Part shown: positions 30,036 to 36,639 of the stretch, one piece after another
Layout of the letters: each line of letters opens with the position of its first letter
Position numbering within the stretch: position 1 is the stretch's first letter
NCBI GenBank assembly: GCA_031289515.1
Contig: JAITPH010000194.1
Span: 1 to 36,639 of the forward strand
Direction: 5' to 3'
Origin: Tannerella sp.
GTDB lineage: Bacteria > Bacteroidota > Bacteroidia > Bacteroidales > Tannerellaceae
DNA length: 36,639 nt
The notes under the pieces: model-generated
What the model was told of the DNA's origin: nothing
The model's input: only the letters and a program-made list of their open reading frames with translations
The model's database searches: none
Translations under genes and position numbers: made by a program

Positions 30036-30359
30036 TTATGCCTGCCCGGTAACAGTTCCGATAGGCGGAATGATATTGCCGAAAGGGTTGTTGTTGATGA
30101 CGCCGCCGTTCTTCGTCATGTCATCGAATTTTTGAATATTGTCCTGCAAAGCGTACAAAAGCCTTTTGGCATTGTCGGGCGTCAATATGATGCGACTTTT
30201 GACCTTGGCTTTTTGCGCGCCCGGCACGATACGGATAAAATCGATGATGAACTCCGCCGACGAATGGGCTATGATAGCTAAATTGGCATAAGTGCCCTGC
30301 GCTATCTCATCCGACAATTCTACTTGAATCTCGTTCTGTTTCTGACTGTTATTGTTCAT
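30036..30359 (-). CDS. DUF3467 domain protein
   Basis: IQVELSDEIAQGTYANLAIIAHSSAEFIIDF..KAKVKSRIILTPDNAKRLL; start at ATG 30359. Confidence 0.88.
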   Translation of the reverse strand: MNNNSQKQNEIQVELSDEIAQGTYANLAIIAHSSAEFIIDFIRIVPGAQKAKVKSRIILTPDNAKRLLYALQDNIQKFDDMTKNGGVINNNPFGNIIPPIGTVTGQA

Positions 30360-30390
30360 ATATAAATAGTTTTTTTGAAATAATTGAATA

Positions 30391-30448
30391 CAAAAATACA
30401 TTTTACTTTTGAAAAAGTTGGTTTCTTGCAAAAAAATATTTAGTTTTG
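30391..30448. promoter_or_regulatory. Divergent promoters for DUF3467 and DUF4831
   Basis: -7 boxes TATTTTTG on the minus strand (30398-30391) and TAGTTTTG on the plus strand (30441-30448). Confidence 0.5.
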
Positions 30449-30481
30449 TGCTGTCATTTTAATAATATCCAAGCTGATAGA

Positions 30482-31549
30482 ATGAAATATAACATATTAT
30501 TACTCGGTTTGGCGCTCTGTGTTGCTACTGCGACCGCGCAAACTATCGTAGAAAAAGTTGTTCCGACAAAAGCGTCGGGTAACGGAGTGACTTACTCGCT
30601 TCCCAAGACCTCGTTTATCATTAATGCCGAGGTTACGAAAGTGACTGTCAAGGCAGGCTCGTATTACAGATATGCCGAACGCTATCTCGGAGTCAAGAAC
30701 GTTGCCACTGAAGACAGAGTCTATTACGAACTCGGCAAGTTGACGCTGACAAACAAGGGCGTCCCCGATATTGACAACGTTTACAGGATAGAGTTTAAGC
30801 AAAAGACGGTTGCTCCGTTCGTCTATCTTACGCGCGACGGTCTGATTTGCGCTATAAATGAGGAATATACGCCCGAAGTTGTAGCAGAAGAGGAACTCGC
30901 GCAGGAGACAGCGGTGCAGACGATACCGCCGACGTCGGTATACAGCGAAGAACTGCTGATGGCCGGCTCCGTCGCACGGCAGGCTGAGGTTGCCGCAAAG
31001 CAGATATATCACCTGCGCGAAAGCCGTACCGACATCCTTACCGGCGACGCCGACAATTTGCCGCCCGACGGCGAGGCAATGAAGATTGTCATCAGCAAAC
31101 TTGAAGAACAGGAAAAGGCGCTGACCAACCTGTTTATCGGTTACGAGACGCGCGAGACGCTGTATTTCGATGTCACAGTCGTTCCGGAAGACGAACTTGA
31201 CAGAGACGTCCTGTTTCGTTTTTCGTCGAAGTTAGGCATCCTCGACGACGATGATCTGGGAGGCGAGCCTGTTTACATCAGCCTTACGGCGATAGATCGC
31301 GCTCCGGCGCTCGACCCGAAAGAAGCCGAAAAGAAAGCCAAAATGCCGAAAGGCATTGTCTACAATACTCCCGGCAGGGGGCGTGTCGAGATTGCGAGAA
31401 ACAACAAGACGTTGCTTAAAAAGGAAACGCCTGTAGTTCAGTTCGGTACGCAGGAAACGCTTGCGCCGGTCATCCTCGAAGACAAGAAACAGCCGGTTAA
31501 GGTCTTGTTCTATCCCGAAACCGGCTCAATCAAGAAGATAACAAAATAA
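30482..31549 (+). CDS. DUF4831 family exported protein
   Basis: Sec signal peptide (ATATA-Q), GVTYSLPKT, YYRYAERYLG, LRESRTDILTGDADNLPPDGEA, FYPETGSI. Confidence 0.8.
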   Translation: MKYNILLLGLALCVATATAQTIVEKVVPTKASGNGVTYSLPKTSFIINAEVTKVTVKAGSYYRYAERYLGVKNVATEDRVYYELGKLTLTNKGVPDIDNVYRIEFKQKTVAPFVYLTRDGLICAINEEYTPEVVAEEELAQETAVQTIPPTSVYSEELLMAGSVARQAEVAAKQIYHLRESRTDILTGDADNLPPDGEAMKIVISKLEEQEKALTNLFIGYETRETLYFDVTVVPEDELDRDVLFRFSSKLGILDDDDLGGEPVYISLTAIDRAPALDPKEAEKKAKMPKGIVYNTPGRGRVEIARNNKTLLKKETPVVQFGTQETLAPVILEDKKQPVKVLFYPETGSIKKITK

Positions 31550-31583
31550 TCTCTAAATAATAAACACTTTAATTTTTAGTATC

Positions 31584-33134
31584 ATGTTCAAAAATCATCC
31601 TAAAGGATTACTTGGAGCCGCCCTGTCAAACATGGGCGAGCGTTTTGGGTTTTATATTATGATGGCAATTCTTACATTGTTCATCTCTGCAAAGTTCGGA
31701 TTGTCCGAAGAGTCGACCGGTTATATCTATTCGGCTTTTTACGCTTCAATCTATGTTCTGGCTTTGTTAGGCGGAGTAATCGCCGACAAAACCCGCAATT
31801 ACAAAGGCACGATATTATTGGGAATAATAGTAATGTCCGTCGGCTACCTGATTATCGGAATACCTACGCCGACGCCTGTTCCCAATTTCGGCGTTTATCT
31901 TGCCTTGACTTGTTTCGGTCTTTTTGTGATAGCTTTCGGAAACGGCCTGTTCAAAGGCAATCTGCAAGCTCTCGTAGGTCAAATGTACGACGACCCGAAG
32001 TTCTCGAAATCGCGGGATGCCGGTTTTCAGATATTCTACATGTTTATTAATGTAGGAGCTTTCTTTGCACCGTTCATAGCCGTAGGATTAAGGAATTGGT
32101 GGCTCAAGCAAAACGGATTCGACTATAACGCCGGACTGCCGGAATTGTGCCACGAATACATCGGTAAAGGCAGTTCCATGGCGGCAGAGCAGATGAATAA
32201 ACTGACTACTTATGCTTCGGAAGTGTCATTGAACGGACCCGTTTCCGATATAGGCGCTTTTTGCAATCAATATGTAGACGTTTTCAGTCGCGGCTTCCAA
32301 TATGCGTTCATTGCCGCTATCTTTATGATGCTGGTTTCGCTTGTCATCTATATGTTCAACCGGTCGAAATTTCCCGACCCTGCAAATAAACTTGCAGTTA
32401 AGAACGCCACAGTCGATTCGTCCGAAATAAAGATGGCCGCCACAGAGATTCGCCAAAGAATCTACGCATTGTTTGCGGTGTTCGGCATTGTAATCTTTTT
32501 CTGGTTTTCGTTCCATCAAAACGGCTATTCGCTGACCTATTTCGCCCGCGACTATATAAATCTTGATGTTATAAGCATTGATTTGGATTTTACGACACTG
32601 AAGGGAGCGGAGATATTTCAAAGCGTTAATCCTTTCTTTGTAGTTTTTCTTACTCCTTTGATTATGTGGTTTTTCGGCTCGTTTCGCAAGAAAGGAAAAG
32701 AGCCTTCGACGCCGATGAAGATTGCTATCGGTATGGGAATTGCGGCTGTGGCTTATGGCTTCCTGCTGACCGTCTCATTATCGTTGCCGGACAAATCGGC
32801 CCTTCCCGGAATGTCGCCCGACGATATCAGCGCGATGAAACTAACGCCCTGGGTGCTGGTTGCCATGTATTTTATCCTCACGGTAGCGGAATTGTTTATC
32901 TCGCCGCTCGGACTTTCATTTGTTTCCAAGGTAGCGCCTCCTCACTTGCAGGGATTGATGCAGGGTTGCTGGCTTGCTGCGACCGCAATAGGCAATTCGA
33001 TACTGTTCATCGGAGGTCTTTTATATACATCCGTCTCGTTGTGGCAATGCTGGTGCGTGTTCGCGGTGGCGTGCGGTCTTTCTATGTTAGTCATGCTCAG
33101 AATGGTCAGATGGCTCGAAAGAGTGGCTAAATAA
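31584..33134 (+). CDS. POT/PTR family proton-dependent oligopeptide transporter (MFS)
   Basis: NMGERFGFY (ExxERF variant), GNGLFKGN, FYMFINVG, ELFISPLGLS. Confidence 0.93.
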   Translation: MFKNHPKGLLGAALSNMGERFGFYIMMAILTLFISAKFGLSEESTGYIYSAFYASIYVLALLGGVIADKTRNYKGTILLGIIVMSVGYLIIGIPTPTPVPNFGVYLALTCFGLFVIAFGNGLFKGNLQALVGQMYDDPKFSKSRDAGFQIFYMFINVGAFFAPFIAVGLRNWWLKQNGFDYNAGLPELCHEYIGKGSSMAAEQMNKLTTYASEVSLNGPVSDIGAFCNQYVDVFSRGFQYAFIAAIFMMLVSLVIYMFNRSKFPDPANKLAVKNATVDSSEIKMAATEIRQRIYALFAVFGIVIFFWFSFHQNGYSLTYFARDYINLDVISIDLDFTTLKGAEIFQSVNPFFVVFLTPLIMWFFGSFRKKGKEPSTPMKIAIGMGIAAVAYGFLLTVSLSLPDKSALPGMSPDDISAMKLTPWVLVAMYFILTVAELFISPLGLSFVSKVAPPHLQGLMQGCWLAATAIGNSILFIGGLLYTSVSLWQCWCVFAVACGLSMLVMLRMVRWLERVAK

Positions 33135-33142
33135 AAGACTTG

Positions 33143-33703
33143 TCAGGAAAACGGACAAAAATTACGGATGGCTTCGGGTAGGAAGAAACGGACGTCTTTT
33201 CCTTCTTCGACCGACCGGCGTATAAAGGTGGAAGATACCTCTAAAAGAGGCGCTTCCACCTTTTTTATATTGGGATAACCGTCGGGTATGATAATTTCGC
33301 AATCTTTTCGGGGATAGACGATTATCGAAAATTCGTCGACTAACTTTTCGTAATCTTTCCATTGCGTCATCGTGCTCCAGTTGTCTGCTCCCATTATCAA
33401 GCGGAAATCGCGGTCCGGATACGCCTTGTGCAAGGCTCTAAGAGTATTGATCGTATATGAAGGGCGCGGCAGCGAAAACTCAAAGTCGCTTGCTTTGAAG
33501 CGGGGATAACCGGCAATGACCGCCTTGACCATCTCCAGCCGTTTTCTTTCGTCCATCATCTCCATACCTTTTTTAAGCGGGTTTTGAGGCGATACGAGAA
33601 ACCATAACTCGTCAATGTCGCAAAACTCGCATATCCAGTTTGCCAACGCCAAATGACCTATGTGAATCGGATTGAACGAGCCTGAAAAAATTCCGGTAAC
33701 CAT
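33143..33703 (-). CDS. nadD: Nicotinate-nucleotide adenylyltransferase
   Basis: GSFNPIHIGH, PSYTINTL, IMGADN, VSSTFIR. Confidence 0.97.
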   Translation of the reverse strand: MVTGIFSGSFNPIHIGHLALANWICEFCDIDELWFLVSPQNPLKKGMEMMDERKRLEMVKAVIAGYPRFKASDFEFSLPRPSYTINTLRALHKAYPDRDFRLIMGADNWSTMTQWKDYEKLVDEFSIIVYPRKDCEIIIPDGYPNIKKVEAPLLEVSSTFIRRSVEEGKDVRFFLPEAIRNFCPFS

Positions 33704-33717
33704 TGATTGTTAAGTTA

Positions 33718-34284
33718 TTATTGTTGAATAAAATCCGTTACTGCCTTGAGCGCTTCCTGTTGAGCGGTCGGAAGGATGTCGTTTACAATTACGACGTCGA
33801 ACTTAGGAGCGTAACTCAGTTCAAACTCCGCCTTTTCCAATCTGCTTTGTATGACTTCCGGCGCGTCCGTGCCTCGCTTTTCGAGCCTTCTTCGCAAGTG
33901 TTCGATTGACGGAGGCTCGATGAAAATTGATAGCGCCCGCTCGCCGTATATCTTTTTGATATTGCATCCTCCGACTACATCGACGTCGAACACTACGCTT
34001 TTACCGTCTTTTATTATGCGTTCGACTTCGCTTTTCAGCGTGCCGTAAAACTTGTCCCTGTAAACTTCTTCATATTCGAGGAAATCGTCTGCCTCAATGC
34101 GGGCGCGAAATTCCTCCGGCGTGAAGAAATAGTAGTCTGTTCCGTGACGCTCGTTACCGCGCGGAGCGCGACTTGTGGCGGAAATGGAAAATTGCAGGGG
34201 CAATCCCTGCTGCAAAAGATGCTGTATGACGGAACTTTTGCCAGACCCCGACGGCGCCGAAAATATTATCAGTTTTCCTTCCAT
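33718..34284 (-). CDS. gmk: Guanylate kinase
   Basis: SAPSGSGKS, SATSRAPR, YGTLKSE, FDVDVVG. Confidence 0.98.
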   Translation of the reverse strand: MEGKLIIFSAPSGSGKSSVIQHLLQQGLPLQFSISATSRAPRGNERHGTDYYFFTPEEFRARIEADDFLEYEEVYRDKFYGTLKSEVERIIKDGKSVVFDVDVVGGCNIKKIYGERALSIFIEPPSIEHLRRRLEKRGTDAPEVIQSRLEKAEFELSYAPKFDVVIVNDILPTAQQEALKAVTDFIQQ

Positions 34285-34304
34285 GATTGCCGTTGCCTTC
34301 GGAT

Positions 34305-35177
34305 TTATAACACATTAAGTATCTGTTCCTTAATCTGTTCCAACTCGTCTTTCATGCGGACAACTATCTGTTGCATCTCGGCATGGTTGCTTTTCGACCC
34401 CAGCGTGTTTATTTCGCGCCCTATCTCCTGCGCAATGAAACCGAGTTTCTTTCCCTGTCCGCAGTCGCCTTCAAGCGTCTTGACGAAATATTTGAGATGA
34501 TTGTCCAGCCTCGATTTCTCTTCATTGATGTCAATCTTTTCGATATAGTATATCATTTCCTGCTCGAAACGATTGTAATCTACCTGAATTTCAGTCAGAT
34601 TCTGCAAGTTTTCCTGTATGCGGCTCTTGATTTTCTCTATGCGTTCCTTTTCGTAAGGCTCTATTTGCTTCAGCAGCTCCGAAATCTTTGCTGTCTTTTG
34701 CACAAACAGCTTGTAAAGCATAGCGCCTTCCTGCCGTCTGAACTCCTGAAGGCGACCGATAGCCTCCTCGATAGCTGTCATTACAAGCGTCCATTCCGTC
34801 TCGTCGACCTCTTCCATCTCCGATTTTATGACATCCGGCAAGCGGAGCAGGGTAGAAAACCAGTCCGTCGGACATTCGATATTGGCTGTCCGGGCAATAT
34901 CGACTATCTGCTTCATATAGCTTTCGACGACCGACGCATTTATCTTGGAATCAATGTTTTTACCTATGCTTTCGGCTGTAATCGTCAGTTCGACTTTGCC
35001 CCGCTCAATCTTTTGCGACAAGAAGGAACGTATCTCCATCTCTTTCTCGCGATAGACAGGCGAGATACGGGCAAACAAATCCAATTGCTTACTGTTTAGC
35101 GCTTTAATCTCTATTGTTACTTTTTTGGTCGCAAGCTCCGTCGTAACTTTTCCGAAGCCGGTCATTGATTGAATCAT
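34305..35177 (-). CDS. yicC: YicC/YloC family endoribonuclease
   Basis: MIQSMTGFG, GKKLGFIAQEIGREINTLGSK, EQIKEQILNVL; start at ATG 35177, downstream of the -7 box. Confidence 0.94.
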   Translation of the reverse strand: MIQSMTGFGKVTTELATKKVTIEIKALNSKQLDLFARISPVYREKEMEIRSFLSQKIERGKVELTITAESIGKNIDSKINASVVESYMKQIVDIARTANIECPTDWFSTLLRLPDVIKSEMEEVDETEWTLVMTAIEEAIGRLQEFRRQEGAMLYKLFVQKTAKISELLKQIEPYEKERIEKIKSRIQENLQNLTEIQVDYNRFEQEMIYYIEKIDINEEKSRLDNHLKYFVKTLEGDCGQGKKLGFIAQEIGREINTLGSKSNHAEMQQIVVRMKDELEQIKEQILNVL

Positions 35178-35201
35178 AAGTATAATCATGTTAAAACGCG
35201 C

Positions 35202-35271
35202 CAAAGGTACGAAAAGAATTGAAATTACGAAAATCATTATTTTGCAATCAGATATATTATCCTTACTTTTG
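35202..35271. promoter_or_regulatory. Divergent promoters for yicC-gmk-nadD and tsaB
   Basis: Minus strand -7 TACCTTTG (35209-35202); plus strand -33 TTTG (35241-35244), 19-nt spacer, -7 TACTTTTG (35264-35271). Confidence 0.6.
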
Positions 35272-35290
35272 TCGGTCAAAAAATTTGTAT

Positions 35291-36007
35291 ATGGCAATAA
35301 TAAATATAGAGACATCGACTGCGGTTTGTTCTGTGGCTGTGACTGTTAATGACGAGATTGCGTTTGAGCGGGTCTCGAAAGACGAACAGTCGCACGCGGC
35401 TTTGCTTGGCGTTTATGTCGAAGAAGCTATGAAAATAGACGAAAAGATCGATGCTGTGGCTGTCAGTTCCGGACCCGGCTCTTATACCGGTCTTCGTATA
35501 GGCGTTTCTATGGCTAAGGGTCTTTGCTTCGGGCTGAATGTCCCATTGTTGAGCATCCCTACATTATATATATTAGCGCATAAAGTTGTCGAAGATTTGC
35601 CGGAAGCGGATTTGCCGGAAGACGCGCTTTTCTGCCCGATGCTCGATGCTCGCCGGATGGAAGTCTACGCTGCAATCTATGACAAGTCGATACAAAAAGT
35701 CCGCGATACCGAAGCCGAAATCATTACCGAAGAATCATACTCGAAGTATCTTTCAGAGCGAAAAGTCTATTTTTTCGGCAACGGAAGCGCCAAGTGCAAA
35801 ACCGTCATAACATCGCCAAACGCAGTCTTCATCGACGAAATCCGTCCGCTTGCGTCGGATATGCGCCGTTTGTCGCAGCAAGCCTTCGACGAAAAGCGTT
35901 TCGAGGATGTAGCCTACTTTGAACCGTTTTATTTAAAGGATTTTATAGCTACCGTAGCAAAGAACAAAGTCCTGCCGAAAAAGACAAAAGAAACGATAAA
36001 AGAGTGA
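35291..36007 (+). CDS. tsaB: tRNA threonylcarbamoyladenosine biosynthesis protein TsaB
   Basis: NIETSTAVCSVA, GPGSYTGLRIG, MLDARRMEVY, FEPFYLK; start at ATG 35291. Confidence 0.96.
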   Translation: MAIINIETSTAVCSVAVTVNDEIAFERVSKDEQSHAALLGVYVEEAMKIDEKIDAVAVSSGPGSYTGLRIGVSMAKGLCFGLNVPLLSIPTLYILAHKVVEDLPEADLPEDALFCPMLDARRMEVYAAIYDKSIQKVRDTEAEIITEESYSKYLSERKVYFFGNGSAKCKTVITSPNAVFIDEIRPLASDMRRLSQQAFDEKRFEDVAYFEPFYLKDFIATVAKNKVLPKKTKETIKE

Positions 36008-36033
36008 TAAAATATGTAAATATTTTGTATATT

Positions 36034-36065
36034 TTTGGAAATAATAATAAAAACCCGTACTTTTG
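36034..36065 (+). promoter_or_regulatory. Primary-sigma promoter for the LytTR-FHA unit
   Basis: -33 TTTG (36034-36037), 20-nt spacer, -7 TACTTTTG (36058-36065). Confidence 0.6.
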
Positions 36066-36120
36066 CTTTCCGTAAAAAACAAAGACATTAGATAAAAAAC
36101 AACTAATAATAGCGATTTCG

Positions 36121-36522
36121 ATGGATAAATACTTGATGATTAAGACAAGAGACGAGTTGTTGCGTATAAATATTGAACATATTCTATATTTTGAAGCGGA
36201 CAGGAATTATACAAAACTGCTGTTATCCGAGGGTATCCAGTTTACTTTCGCCGTCAACATAGGAAAAGTAGAAGACATGTTGTACGCGCAGATAACCGAT
36301 CCGAATACTATCCTGATTCGTGTCGGGAAGAGCCATATTATCAATAAAAGGCATATCTTGCAAATCAATTTGCCGAAACAGAAGCTGTTGATGCTTGCAG
36401 GCGAAGGCAAGCCGCGCGAACTTGTTATACCCAAAGAGCCGTTAAGAATGTTGAAAGACCTGCTCGAATCCGAAGTAGCAGGCAGGAACAAAAAAACGGA
36501 AGAACAGACGGAAACAGAATAA
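36121..36522 (+). CDS. Stand-alone LytTR DNA-binding domain protein
   Basis: ILYFEADRNYT and IRVGKSHIINKRHI match the LytTR pattern; 133 aa, no receiver domain. Confidence 0.87.
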   Translation: MDKYLMIKTRDELLRINIEHILYFEADRNYTKLLLSEGIQFTFAVNIGKVEDMLYAQITDPNTILIRVGKSHIINKRHILQINLPKQKLLMLAGEGKPRELVIPKEPLRMLKDLLESEVAGRNKKTEEQTETE

Positions 36523-36535
36523 GACGTTTCGGAAA

Positions 36536-36639
36536 ATGGAAATTAAAATAGGAAAGGCAGCCGACAACACATTAGTCATTAACGACCCGCAGGTAAGTCG
36601 CTATCACGCACTGTTGACGCAGGACGAAAACGGCGATTT
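36536..36639 (+). CDS. FHA-domain protein, 5' fragment (runs off the window)
   Basis: Hand translation MEIKIGKAADNTLVINDPQVSRYHALLTQDENGD matches the FHA pattern IG[RK]..D..I....VSRxHA. Confidence 0.8.
   Translation, partial: MEIKIGKAADNTLVINDPQVSRYHALLTQDENGD

Noticed and set aside
27785-30384. TTGAAATAAT recurring before proA (27785), before argF' (29054) and in the DUF3467/DUF4831 spacer (30375) as an ArgR box
   Set aside because: AT-rich low-complexity word, not a convincing palindrome, and not placed consistently relative to promoters.
35178-35315. Apparent head-to-head overlap of yicC and tsaB in the ORF track
   Set aside because: Artefact of upstream alternative starts; conserved N-termini begin at 35177 and 35291 with divergent promoters between.

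Overview
Gene-dense core chromosomal region of a Bacteroidales bacterium. The evidence is Bacteroidota TAnnTTTG promoters, A-rich starts without Shine-Dalgarno sites, a long-form NusB, an N-succinylornithine-type ArgF', and porT, which implies a type IX secretion system and so a Tannerella/Parabacteroides-like lineage rather than Bacteroides. Left to right: partial tRNA (probably Thr), tRNA-Thr(GGT), tuf, tRNA-Trp, secE-nusG-rplK-rplA-rplJ-rplL-rpoB-rpoC, a DUF853/YjgR HerA-like ATPase, tRNA-Gln (-), rsfS-ftsH-cdsA, porT (-), a 55-aa 2[4Fe-4S] ferredoxin missed by the ORF track, DUF3276 (-), nusB-yajC-YbbR-like-coaE-XRE/cupin regulator-acyl-CoA synthetase, an Omp28-type lipoprotein with five Ig-like repeats (-), proB-proA-argF', DUF3467 (-), DUF4831, a POT peptide transporter, yicC-gmk-nadD (-), tsaB, a stand-alone LytTR regulator and the truncated start of an FHA-domain gene. 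I see no IS element, integrase, prophage, CRISPR array or rRNA, and no complete novel system can be demonstrated inside the window. The best leads are the LytTR-FHA locus starting at the right edge, the CxxS Omp28/Ig-repeat surface lipoprotein, the HerA-like ATPase occupying the post-rpoC slot while DUF3467 lies about 17 kb away on the opposite strand, and a duplication-derived 8-codon uORF overlapping the proA start. Family assignments come from motif recognition, not database searches.
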